A DNA stretch of 64,000 nucleotides. Source: Squalus acanthias (Eukaryota). The position numbers were made by a program, and so were the translations under genes. Below the pieces are notes generated by a model. The model saw only the letters and a program-made list of their open reading frames with translations, ran no database searches and was not told the origin of the DNA. Shown here piece by piece: positions 1-13,255 of the stretch (positions are counted from its first letter, which is position 1; every line of letters begins with the position of its first letter). The stretch is taken from positions 20,646,001-20,710,000 of the forward strand of contig CM059441.1 of NCBI GenBank assembly GCA_030390025.1, read 5' to 3'.

Positions 1-437
1 GCCTGTCTTTCTCACTCCGATGCATTTAAGGGGAAGCTAGATAAACACATAAGGGTGAAAGGAATAGAAGATTATGCTGTTGGGGTTTAGATGAAGAGGG
101 GTGGGAGGAGGTTCCTGTGGAGCATAAACACCGGCATGGACCAGTTGGGCGGAATGGCCTGTTTCTGTGCTGTACGTTCTGTGTAATTCCATGTAGATGA
201 TGACTGGCCTGTTGCATATTGCCAGCATTTTCAGTTTTCATTTCAAATTTCTATCTCTTGTGGTTTTTCTTTTATATTCTCCACAGCCATTTTAAACTTC
301 CTTCCAGCACTGCTTCTGAAATCGTTTGCAGTAAACCACGCACCAGTAAAACAATTCCGTTTAATATCTTTGCTGTTCCTCAAAAGTGAAAGACTGTAAA
401 GAAAAAAAATAATGTTTTTAATAATCTGTTTTTATAG

Positions 438-527
<90 letters not shown>

Positions 528-1079
528 TAAGATGACTGTTTTTCAATGCTTATTGTAGCTCCGTGCTCAAACCTCTGGTATCTCGGCTAAGGGAAAGTAG
601 GGGGTTAGCGGAGTCCTTAAGGTAAAACTGAGCAGAATATATCTATCTGGTTTATAAGATATTTTATTCCCATGCATCTGATATGGTGAATACTTTGTTC
701 TGTATTAATTTCTGCACTGTTTAGCCAGCTGCATTTTTGCTATGCTTTGCTCGGTGAAATATTGTACCTAATTGCTGTTTTTCAGTTCAGTTCATATTTG
801 AGCAATGCAGGAAAACCTCAACATTGGAAGTACAATTTCATCTTTTAATTCCAAGAATATTGTGGGCCGAGAAATGTACTGTGCTCCGCTGCATTTCTTT
901 ATCTTCATTTACCACCAGACTGTAACTACAAGTAATTTTTGCAGATATCACATGAAAGAAAAGGAGGATGTATTTCAAAAACTAAATTAACTTTTTTTTA
1001 GTAATGAAAGAGTTTTTTTTTAAAAATGCATTTGCTTTGTTCCTTGCCAATTTTTGTCCTATGGTTTATATGGGTGTTT

Positions 1080-1405
1080 GTGCTCACTCAACTAATCATT
1101 TGAGCCTTGAAGGTGAGGGTCAGCAGGCAGTTTGACCAACTGGGGAATGAAAGCCAAAGGTGACCTTTTCCTCATCTAAATTCAGCACCCTCGTATTTCC
1201 CGTAGGAATCACCGGATATCAATCCAGCTGATTTTTTTTCCCCTTCTCTAGCCCAGCATAGCTAGGCCAATTCTAGTGCTCCAACAGGGACAAACCCGAG
1301 ATCAGCTAACCCCGCACAAACCCAGGAATCAAACCTAGGATCTTCTGGTCTGTATGGCTCAATATCACGCTGGGTGGAGCACCTACACACTGAGCCATCG
1401 GGAGT
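1080..1405 (-). mobile_element. Old tRNA-derived SINE; related fragments near 1560-1770, 2120-2370 and 11110-11200
   Basis: A-box-like TGGCTCAGTG and B-box-like GGTTTGATTCC on the - strand; family not firmly identified. Confidence 0.5.
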
Positions 1406-1789
1406 GCTAAGTAAATCTTTTATAAATTATGTGACCACCAATTTAACATAGAGAAGACCGTTGAAGCAAATAAGGCAGCTCCAAGATGTGCTTCAACCTC
1501 AGATAGAATACTCTGCTTCGGCTCGCTACCTAATCGAGAAGCTAGGACAATCTCCGTCTCTAATTTTAATCTTTTGGATGAGGTACGAGAGTGGGTGGGG
1601 GAGAGCGGGTGTCTACTGGCATCTGTAGAGGTCAGAAGCAAACTGAGCCCCATTTCTCCCGCCCCCCCCCCCCCCCCCATGCTGAAAAAGGACAAATTAG
1701 GCTTCCCTCATGATTCAGTGAGTAGCTGACTAGCCATGATAGTCCCAGATTCAATTCCCTGATTATGTTGTTAGCTATGAGGGGCCTAG

Positions 1790-2119
1790 ATAGTGGATAG
1801 GAAGGACCTCGTTCCCTTAGTAGAGAGATCAATAACCAGGGGGCATAGATTTAAAGTAGAAGGATTAGAGGGGAGCTGAGGAGAACTTTTTTCACCCAGA
1901 GGGTGGTGGGGGTCTGGAGCTCACTGCCTGAAAGGGTGGTAGAGGCAGAATCCCGCATCACATTTAAAAAGTACTTGGATATGCACTTGAAGTGCCGTAA
2001 CCTACAAAGCTACGGACCAAGATCAGGAAAGTAGGATTCGGCTGGATAGCTCTTTTTTTAGCCGGCACAGACACGATGGGTCAAATGGCCTCCTTCTGTG
2101 CCGTGGACTTCTATGATTC
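1790..2119 (+). mobile_element. CR1-type LINE 3' fragment; similar tails at 17-190, 13440-13612 (-) and 16478-16706 (-)
   Basis: Degenerate RT C-terminus (FFTQRVVGVWSSLP-like) and ...aatggcctccttctgtg tail. Confidence 0.8.
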
Positions 2120-2415
2120 TCAGCCACTGCAGCGTCCCGGGTCCGGGAGGAAAAACAATCATCGAGGGTTCCTGCTCTTGATCACTATCCAGTGACCACT
2201 GCTGATCACAGGATTGTGCTCCACAGGGGCCCCTCATACAGCTGATTTCATTGGTAACATGAGTAATGGTCACTTGGACTATGTGCTCGAGGCAACTGGC
2301 ACTAGCACATTGTGAAATTGTACCCCAGTAGAATTAGTGACTTCAGGAGGAAAGGAGAGATACCTGGCAAGGAGAAAATAAGTTTAAAAAAAAACCAAAA
2401 TGACTAATTTGCAGA

Positions 2416-2613
2416 AAATGCTGGAAACACTCAGCAGGCCAGGCAGCATCCGTGGAGAGAGAAACAAAGTTAACGTTTCAGGTCTGGGACCTTCCATCAG
2501 AACTGAAACGTTAACTCTGTTTCGCTCTCCACAGATGCTGCCTGGCCTGCTGAGTGTCCCCAGCATTTTCTGTTGTTGTTTCAGATTTCCAGCATCTGCA
2601 GTATTTTGCTTAT
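2416..2613. mobile_element. Short Penelope-derived fold-back insertion with a 15-bp TSD
   Basis: TGACTAATTTGCAGA at 2401-2415 and 2614-2628; internal inverted arms; mutated hammerhead core CTGATGG on -. Confidence 0.75.
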
Positions 2614-2702
2614 TGACTAATTTGCAGATATTTTTAGTGAGCTCCAAATTATGTAACAAAATGGCTTAATCCTATGGTGATATCGAACCAATGATTCAGT
2701 AG

Positions 2703-2915
2703 TGAGAAGTCGCACAACACCAGGTTATAGTCCAACAGTTTTATTTGAAATCACAAGCTTTCGGAGCGCTGCTCCTTCGTCAGGTGAAGAAGGAGCAGCA
2801 GCTCTGAAAGCTTGTGATTTCAAATAAAACTGTTGGACTATAACCTGGTGTTGTGCGACTTCTCACTTTTGTCCACCCCAGTCCAACACCGGCATCTCCG
2901 CATCATGGCCACTAT
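2703..2915. mobile_element. Short Penelope-derived fold-back insertion (second family) with a 14-bp TSD
   Basis: CAATGATTCAGTAG at 2689-2702 and 2916-2929; ~60-bp inverted arms at 2701-2762 and 2806-2867. Confidence 0.78.
2751..2787 (-). ncRNA. Minimal hammerhead ribozyme motif
   Basis: UCAC-CUGACGA-A-GGAGC-agc-GCUCC-GAAAGCUU-GUGA: stems I and II, conserved core, palindromic stem III. Confidence 0.65.
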
Positions 2916-3070
2916 CAATGATTCAGTAGATCGAGGGGAAAAAAATTACATTGAAGATCTTCCAAATTTTTGTGCAGTTAACTGATAAATAATCCGTGGT
3001 CCATTTGCGATGTCTAATCAATCAACTTAATTTGGTTGAAGAACATATAACTCCTGGTAATGCATGCGAA

Positions 3071-3760
3071 TCACAGAAAGTTAACATGCAGGTACAGCAA
3101 GCAATTAGGAAGGCAAATGGTATTTTAGCCTTTATTGCAAGGGGGGTTGGGGTATAAGAGTAAGGAAGTCTTGCTGCAGTTATATAGGGCCTTGGTGAGA
3201 TCACACCTGGAGTACTGTGTACAGTTTTGGTCTCCTTACCTAAGGAAGAATATACTTGCCATAGAGGGGGTGCAATGAGGTTCACTAGATTGATTCCTCA
3301 GATGAAAAGGCTGCCCTATGAGGAGAGATTGAGTAGAATGGGACTATATTCTCTGGAGTTTAGAAGAATGAGTGGTCTCTTTGAAACGTATAAATGTCTT
3401 AGAGGGCTTGACGGGTAGATGCTGAGAGGCTATTTCCCCTGGCTGGAGAGTCTAGAACTAGGGGTCAAAGACTCAGGATAAGGGGTCGGCCACTTAGGAC
3501 TGAGATGAGATGAGAAATTTCTTCACTCTGAGGCTTGTGAATCTTTGGAATTCTATACCCCAGAGGGCTGTGGATGCTCAGTCAACGAATATATTCAAGA
3601 CTGAGATCGATAGATTTTTGAGCACTAAGGGAATCAAAGGACATGGGGCTAGGCCGGGAAAGTGGAGTTGATGTAGAAGTTAAGCCATGATCTTATTGAA
3701 TGGCGGAGCAGGCTCGATGGGCCGTATGGCCTACTCTTGCTCCTATTTCTTGTGTTCTTA
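3071..3760 (+). mobile_element. CR1/HER1-type LINE 3' fragment
   Basis: RFTRLIP...YEERLSRMGLYSLEFRRM peptide and characteristic 3' tail. Confidence 0.9.
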
Positions 3761-3953
3761 CGCTGCCCAATAATATTCAACCCACCTGCCAGAATTGACT
3801 AGAGGCATAACTATCTGGACCTCAACCTAAATAGACTTTGGAAACCAGCAGACCATGGGTTAACACTAGCAGAAAAGGTAAGGTTTATCACTTTGTGAGT
3901 TAGTGCAATGAGAGTCTTCAATGTGCTTTGATAAAACAGATGAGCCCCGTTAA

Positions 3954-4136
<183 letters not shown>

Positions 4137-4558
4137 TAGTTACAGCGTGGATAATGTCTTAATTAGCAGCCCAGTCTACCTAATGCGATGGCAAACATTG
4201 CTCTGGAAGTGAGGTATGGGATGGGGAAAGGCGAAGTTGTGGAATGCTGAAAAAATGTCCTAAAGATATATTTAAAAAAAAAATGAAATAGTGGCAGAGG
4301 TGAGTTAAATATTATCTTAATTTACTGAACGTTCTGTTTAGATGCTGATTTGGGAGCACCCCTATATTTGACTCCAGGGGGTTTAAATAAAATTGGGTTT
4401 TTGGTGTCAGTTCAGTGAAACCCTTTCAGTGAATATTTAATTTAGTCCAAAAGCGCAGGTATCAAACGGGACATTTGAAGAACCGTGGATTTATTGCATT
4501 TTGGTTTTTGTTTCCCCTCTTAAATTAAGTTTTCTTCTGTTTTGTTACCGGAATCAAG

Positions 4559-5157
4559 GGGACAATTTTAACCTTAAAAAACAGGTGGGTTGGGAGCGTG
4601 GGGGTAGTTAAATTGTTAAAAATGAGTTTCCTGACCTGAATCCACCTCCAACTCGCCCATTTCCGGTTTTAACGGAAGCGGGGCAGCGACCAACCCGCTC
4701 CCAGGAGGCGGGACGTCAATTTAAATATAATGAAGCTGAAAGCCTTTTTTTTTAAACCTCCATTTTGTTTTTAACTGCATGTGGACAGGTTTTACACAAT
4801 TCGTAAAACCCGGCAGTTACAGCAAGCTGGGGACTGCTGGATCCAGGAGGTAAGTGCCTTTTATACCTACCTCCTGGATCCAGGGTCCCTGCCTAACCTA
4901 CTCATCTCCCCAACCCTCCCCCTGATCCTTTCAACAGCACAGCCCAATCCCTCCCTCCTCTGTCTGGCCTAGTGCCGGAGGCATGCCCGCAGCCAGCCAG
5001 TGCCTCAAGCTGGCTGGCTGCGGGCGGGAAATTGAGGCCTCGCATGCAAATCGGGCCCTGCCGTTAAAGTCGTCAAGGCCTGCGAGAAACCCGGCCTCCC
5101 GGTTTTCCCGACCGCTTCGGAGCCCCCAACCCGCTCTCCTCCTTAAAATCAAGCCCC
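4559..5157. mobile_element. Non-autonomous DNA transposon (Harbinger-like MITE); same family as 46504-47489 and the truncated 27900-28160
   Basis: Imperfect GGG..AATTTT / AAAAT..CCCC termini, AAG on both sides, shared internal sequence. Confidence 0.65.
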
Positions 5158-5333
5158 AAGTGTCCAATGATGAGGCCAAACTTACCTATTAATGATTCTG
5201 ATATAACGATCACAGAGCTGCTGAATGATGTCCCCCGTAACCTGCTGTGAATGAACAGTCTTGTATATTATTAGCAGTGATGCATTTTATAAATTGCTTT
5301 TCAGTTTGCATTTCAAGTAGTGTATGGCTGTAG

Positions 5334-5552
<219 letters not shown>

Positions 5553-5869
5553 TAAAATGGATAACACCCAGACAGGCATGATTGGCCAATGGCCCCTTCT
5601 GTGTCACGATTTCTATGATTCTGTGTAACCTTTTGTCTAGTAAAGTGCCTGATAATAGCTGTATTTACATGATAATAGTACTTCCAGAAACCTGAATGCT
5701 TCAGGTATTCTGACTGTTACTTTTTTTCACAACAAAAGTAACGCATTAACTTCACAATTTGCTACAGTATTAAAAGATTTTTACTAAAATGAGAGTAATT
5801 ATTAGTTAAACAAAATATGAATTAATTTTGAATGCAAGTAATTAGACCAGTTAAAATGGAATATGCTAG

Positions 5870-6112
<243 letters not shown>

Positions 6113-6289
6113 TAGTTCACCGCAGCCCTAAGGGTAATAACGTTGTGAGCACAAAGCTGCCGGGAATCACAAGGCAAACATTTATTTATTTTTCCCCATT
6201 CCTGAAGCCACTAACTTTTATCTGGGTACAGTTCCATTGGTGCAGGCAGCCCTCAACCGGCCTTTCTTTCAGTAAAATAAAAGGTGGGG

Positions 6290-7090
6290 GGGGAACAGCA
6301 AATACTACAAATCTGAAAGAGCAGCAGAAAATTCTGAAAACGCACAGTAAGTCAGTCAACTTCTGTGGAGAGAGCAAGATGGGTTAACACTTTGGACGGT
6401 GGCTTCCTTCTGAATATAATAGAATCAGGAAGAAAAAGGGCGAGAAAGGAAAACGCAAGCAAGCAATAGATGCTGGCGTCACAAAAGAGAAAGTTAACAA
6501 AAGCAGGTGAATTTTTTGGAGATGTAAGTGATCCTTTCAGACTGGCAATAGACAGACTTTAAAGACACAATAGAACTGCTTCTAGCCAAGATGGTGAGCG
6601 TGCCAGCTATGGTGGAAAACTGGAAAAAAGATAGAAAGTCTGCGAATTCAGTTCTGGAAAGAATACTGATATGCTGGAAAATGGAGGATTTGGCAAAGGT
6701 CTAAAGTTAGAGTTCAGAGCAGAGGACTGCAGAGTGCCCATGGGAAAGATACTATACTGTTCCTGAAGCTTGCATTGCGCTTGGCTGCACGTGCACAAGG
6801 CTAAAGGTAGAGAGGCAAGAGTGAGAATGGGAGGGGGGAGTTTAGGTTGCGAATTGTAGGGAGCTCAGTGTGACAATTATGGACGGAATGGAGGTTGTTC
6901 GGTCACCTAATTTGCGTTCAGTGTCCTCTAGAGGAGACTGCACTGTGAGCTGTAAATACCACACACTATATATATTGGAGGACCTACATGTAGGTTGCTG
7001 TCTCACATGGAAAAGTGTTTGGGGCCCCAGACAGTGGTATGGCAGGAAGTGAATGGACAAGTGTTGCACCTGCTGCAATTACACAGGAAA
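6290..7090 (-). mobile_element. Degenerate Penelope-like element (GIY-YIG endonuclease C-terminus plus terminal repeat)
   Basis: ORF remnants TCRSSNIYSV...TERKLGDR and KLQEQYSIFPMGTLQSSALN resemble PLE GIY-YIG motifs. Confidence 0.65.
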
Positions 7091-8445
7091 ATATTTGATA
7101 AATATTTGAAGCAGGAGAAGGTTCAGGGCGATGGGCAAAGAGTGGGGCAGTGGGATTAGTTTTGGATTGCTCTAGCAAAGATCTGGCACAATCCAGTGAG
7201 CCAAATGGCCTGATTCTGTGCTGTAAACATCCTGTATGGTTCTATGGATCAAGACGGCCCCAAGCAGAATTGAAACAAAGTGTTCCATGTATTCTACAAA
7301 AAGACAGCCCATGCAGGTTTCCATATTTATCTGGAGGGAGTGAGTGGCGTTGGGATAGATTGTTCGAGGTGGTCTGAACTCTAGGTTTAGACCTTAGCCA
7401 AGTCCGCCAGCATTTCAGTGTAATTTCCAGACCTGAATTTGCAGACTTTCTATCTTTTTTCCAGGCTTTCCACTCCTGGTGAGGTCTTGAGGCATAGAAT
7501 GACAATATATCCACAGTGAAAAGGAGACAGTAGGGCTAGTGGAGAACCCACAATCATCAAAATGGTAGAGGGTGTCAGAGTCTCAGATGTAGGTGGGTAG
7601 AATTTGAACAAGGGGTAAAAAAAAAAAGTACAGTTGTGATGGAGTAAAAGCCATTCTTCATATGAGCCCAGCTCAGTGAGTGTAGGCAGGCTATTCGAAT
7701 GTGGAGAACATCACAGCCGATCCCAGTGCTATCTTCTCTGAACATCCACACATTGGCCCTTTCCAGTAGGAGTCACTGGATAGAACATTTCTCAGTTGTT
7801 GCCCTAGTGTGCTAACAAAGAAATGTTGCTGGTAAACTCTGATTTGACATGGAAAAGGCAGAAGTGGTATTTAGACTGAACTAAAGCGCTATTTATTAAA
7901 GAGGGTAATGGAAATTACAAGGCAGTGATCCGCTCGCAGGAGTCAGAGGATATAAGCTACAAACATCAAGCTCAAGTGGTTTAGGTTTATCATGTGAACG
8001 CTGAGAGGGAGAGATGGAAAAATCAACAGTGGATCAAGCTTGCCTCCTAGCAACTGCTTATAGAGCAGGATTAGGTGAAGCCTGAAAGCAGGGTGTCTGG
8101 CCTGAATTCTGTGCACATACGTCGGGTTGGGAAGCAAGCAAATCTTTGAGAAGTGAAAGCAATGTAGTAATTAAACTGATGACACCATGGGACTCGTATC
8201 AGATCATTTTCGGGGATCGTCTGAAACCTGCGGTAAATTATTGCAAGGGAGGAGGTGAATTAGCACTTGTAGCTGCCCACACAGAGGCTTCGTAAGGGAG
8301 GGAATATTTGAACAGTGGTTCATCCCATAGTACACTTGTGCATCTTTTGTTTGTGTTTCTGTAGAAACCTTGTGTTGCCTGCCAGTGGCTCACTTATTGG
8401 CCAAGGAATGGTATTCGGTGAAGGGACCTAAAGGAGGGAAAATAA

Positions 8446-8589
<144 letters not shown>

Positions 8590-9110
8590 TAGATGGGAAC
8601 TCCAATAAATAATTTAACTGCAGTGTGACTTACGATACACTGTGGCAGAGCCCTCTGTAATGTAATATTGGTATTTTTTTTTTAAATGACCTTGTATTTC
8701 ACACATCCTGTATATTGTGTTACAGTCATGTGCCACATGACCGACTAGCTTCACTCGTCCCTCGGGCAGCACTTCTGGTTAGAGATGATAAAGAAATATC
8801 TTGTTCTCTAAAAAGTTACATATGAAAAACACTAACAGATACCCAGTAATAACTGCAGAGATGGGTCAAATCTGCCCTGTTAAGTGAGCTCAAAAGCAAG
8901 CATCAGTTGAAACTAGCAAATCTCTGGTCTCCTTGTCACTAGTCCCAGTACTCTACTGTTGCAGCAATCGAGCCGTTAAATTTGTTTAATGGACAATGAC
9001 GAAATATGAGCAACAAAACTTAAACAATGTTTCACAAAAGTGAAATTCCCAGGTGAGTTGGCAAATATATAGCTTTATATCAATCCTGTTTACCACATAT
9101 AAGTTAATGA

Positions 9111-9218
<108 letters not shown>

Positions 9219-9409
9219 TAGTGTGCTTTCCATTGTAGAGCTGTATCTTCAATGCAAAGAAGTGGGAGGTCTGCCATTACGCGTTGTATAGTGTTACCGT
9301 GGCACCAATAACTTGAAATTCTAGAGAACGTTTCAAAGATTGTTTGTAGTTGTCCTGGTAAATATTTCAGTCGACAGCCAGCAAGCACAACTGTCGCAGA
9401 GAGTGCTAG

Positions 9410-9610
<201 letters not shown>

Positions 9611-10245
9611 TAATGGACCTTAACATCAATGCACGTATTTAGTGGAATGGTTTAAGGTTTACCGTGTGAAGCTATCGTAAGTATTGACTTGAAGAAACTG
9701 AGCTGCCCCTGAGCACAGGATACTTGCATTGTAAAAACATTGAACATCTTGTATCTTTGAGCATATTAATCTTTTATTACTGTTGTGACTCAAAGACTTC
9801 CTAAAAAACTTCTGATATGAAGCAGTGCCTCATTGAAAGATATCCAGATATACTTGAGGGTTTATTCATTGCAATTTAGGAAAAATATATAGTACTCTGT
9901 AGGAAAGTATTTTCCAGGGGAAAAATACCTCTTCCTGTATGTAAAACAATAGAGGGGTCAAAGTGCGTCATGGATATTTGTTTTGAAAACTTAGGTTAAT
10001 TTCAGCAGCCCATCGTTTGTGAACTTTATCAATTAACGTCGCCTGCTCTTCCCCTGTCAGAAGTCGGCTAGGGAGGAGAAGAGAGCTCAATTGCTCTTTG
10101 AGAGCATGCATTATTCCCCCCCACCCCCCTACTGATTTGACCGGCAATTGACATCTACTTGTACTTTGCCAAGTGTCCATTCTTCATGTGTCAGCTGTAC
10201 ATAGAAATTACAACACGAAACAGGCCATTCGGCCCAATCAGTCCG

Positions 10246-10795
10246 TGCACTCCTGGCTGGCCTCCCACGTTCTACCCTATGAAAACTTGAGGTCATCCAA
10301 AACTCGGCTGCCTGTGTCCTAACTCGCACCAAGTCCCGTTCACCCATCACCCCTGTGCTCGCTGACCTACATTGGCTCCTGGTTAAGCAAAGCCTCGATT
10401 TCAAAATTCTCATCCTTGTTTTCAAATCCCTCCATGGCCTCGCCCCTTCCTATCTCTGTAATCTCCTTCAGCCCCACAACCCCCTGAGATATCTGCGCTC
10501 CTCTAATTCTGCCCTCTTGAGCATCCCTGATTATAATCGTTCAACCACTGGTGGCCGTGCCTTCTGTTGCCTAGGCCCCGAGCTCTGGAATTCCCAGCCT
10601 AAACCTCTCCGCCTCGCTACCTCTCTTTCCTCCTTTAAGACACTCCTTAAAACCTACCCCTTTGACAAAGCTTTTGGTCACCTGCCCTAATTTATCCTTA
10701 TGTGGCTTGGTGTCAAATTTTTTGTCTTATCCTGTGAAGCGCCTTGGGACATTTTACTACATTAAAGGCGCTAAATAAATATAAGTTGTTGTTAT
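10246..10795 (+). mobile_element. L2-type LINE 3' fragment; others at 23843-24183 (-) and 37945-38165 (+)
   Basis: ORF 10355..10690 LADLHWLLVKQ..FKILILVFKSLHGLAPSYL; (TTG)n-like tail. Confidence 0.88.
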
Positions 10796-11995
10796 GTTGA
10801 TGTTTACCCCTTCCACGTTATCAAATAGTTCTAATCACATTTACCCACCCTGTTCCCATATCTCTTCAATCCCTTTTCCTTCATCCACCTATCCAATTTA
10901 ATCTTTAATGTTGACACAGTTCCTACCTCAGTCACACTGGAAAGGAATTCTACAACCTCCTAACTCTCTGAAGAGGTTTCTTCTGCCCTCTGTTCTAAAT
11001 CTTGCACCTAATTTTGTATCTATGGCCCCTTGTTCTTGACCCCCTGCTCCTATCTACCCTGACCCATCCTTTCATAACCTCTCTGCTGCTGGTCCACATG
11101 AGAGAAACAAAGTCATCACAGGCCAGGACGTGAACCTACGACCTGCTGCTCTTTGTGGCTTGGTTACACACTGCCTTTACCGACTGAGCCATTAGAGGGC
11201 GCTCATCACACACACTTAACATGATCCTGCCCTTCCACTCGTACCGTCATCCTGAAGGAAAGAACTCTAATCACCTCACTCAGTAACTAATGCTGTGTCT
11301 ACAATGAAACCTGATGCCCAGGTTCTCATCAGAAATGAACACCTCATCATGTGGGAATTCTATTGCAGAGGGGGGGGAACTGTTAATACAAAATATTGAA
11401 TAAATAAGCTCAGAAAAACTCTGAAGCATTGAGTTAAAGCATACTGAGAGCATTTCTGCACAAAAATTAACACACATAAAATGCAGGACCATTTTATTTA
11501 ATGTATAAATTATCGTGAAAAGTCTATCCTATACCTGTAAGAAGGGTACTATATGTGAACAGAAGTAACTATTTTGGTGCTGAATAAGCAGGTAATCGGC
11601 CCTCGGGTGATTTGTTCCAAGCACCCTATTTATAGCATGTTATGCAGGGATCTGCACTACCATTTACATTGCGTGCTCAATAACCGCTAGTAGTTTGATG
11701 GTTCATTGACTAGTGAAAAATTTGTTTAGTGTGCAAGTTGATATAATAGATCAGCCATGATCTCATTGAATGGCGGAGCAGGCTCGAAAGGCCGAATGGC
11801 CTACTCCTGCTCCTATTTCTTATGTTCTTATAATTAGTGTAGTAACTCTTCATGTAAAGAGTAGGATAGTGTGTACAATTATCTCTGCTTAAATGAGGGG
11901 GGGGGGCGGTAGGACTTGCATAGACAATGCAAATCACTGATGAAATGGTCAAGAGAACCCTTCTTTACACACAACAATTTTTTTTCCCGCTGCAG

Positions 11996-12002
11996 GTATT
12001 AG
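11996..12002 (+). CDS. AHCYL1: AHCYL1 last coding segment (R)Y-stop
   Basis: ttttttcccgctgcag|G TAT TAG completes PNYYRY*. Confidence 0.88.
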
Positions 12003-13255
12003 ATGGACCAGAACCAAAATGATTGAAAAGGACCAAGTTGTCTGAAACCTCAGTAGAAGAATGTATAGTAGGAGCCAGCCTAGCTGTTTAAATGCTCACT
12101 AAATGTATTTGAAGAGCATTTCTGCACTCATAGGCATCTTATTTCTTTAACAGCCTGGTCTTTTGCTTGTATTTTCTTTTCTATACTCTTCAAATTATAA
12201 ATGAGTGTTTTGATTTCTAACTTACTGCCGAGAGGTGTAACTGTCACATTATATTGTGGCAGCACAGTCTCCATGAAATCACTTGAGCCTGTATGATAGG
12301 ATTGATGTGCAAACAAACAGTACTGTAATAATTTAAAAAATTATCTTTTTGTTTTTCCTGTTTGTTTTAGTCCAAGACCTGAGCTTTAAGCTCAGTTCAA
12401 ACTGTTCCAAAGGATTCTCTTGTTTTTACTATACGTTTTTTTTTAAAATCTGTTTCTTGGTGGCAATCGAATCCTATTTGGTGATTGCCAGTATAGTTGT
12501 ATGATACTCGTGTCTTTTCAGGAACCAGTGTTGACTGTAATAAATGATGAGCATCAACTTTTAAACAAACCCGATTCAGTACTAAAGCAGCTGTGAATAT
12601 CACTGTGTAGCCAAAAAAAAAAGTGAATGGTTTTGTTCATGCAGAATATCAGTTCACGTCTCTTTTCATGCAATGCTGGCCTTACTTATGCGCTTTAATA
12701 TATTGACACCACTAGATGTTACACTTCAGGACACGAATCATTACCAATCAGGCAAAGAAAATTCGAAGCTTGCATCTGTCGGTTTAACAGGGAAAGTGAT
12801 TTTAAGGTGTCAGTATTCTAATTCTAGTCGGTTACACTTTGACTGAATCATATTAGAGCAAGTATTGTCGTAAGATTGTGCCAAATGGAGTTTCTGGTGA
12901 CGAGCACTAATCTCTGGTTGAGTCCTCCTGATGGCTTCATATTCCAGACACTTGCTATATACAAACACACACAACATTTCAGAGATTATGTACTGTTTGT
13001 GGCGGGGCTTTTTTTTTGTCAATGCATTTTCTGGACCATGAACAAGCACTGGATGCTGCTAGTGACCTTTTATTAATACTGTGGGTTGTATGCCAATGAG
13101 CCTCTAAGGTTGTATACCCAACAGTGGGACCAGAAAATACTTTCACTCCAGTTACATGAAAAAGATATATTTTAAAAAAAAATAAAGAATTTAAAAATCA
13201 TTGTAGAAACATGAAGGATTTTTCAATCAAAAAGTTGCTTCTGTGTTGTTTTGTG
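12003..13255 (+). terminator. AHCYL1 3' UTR with probable poly(A) signal AATAAA at 13181-13186 and a downstream GU-rich element (~13234-13255)
   Basis: AU-rich, repeat-free stretch ending in AATAAA followed by gttgcttctgtgttgttttgtg. Confidence 0.6.
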
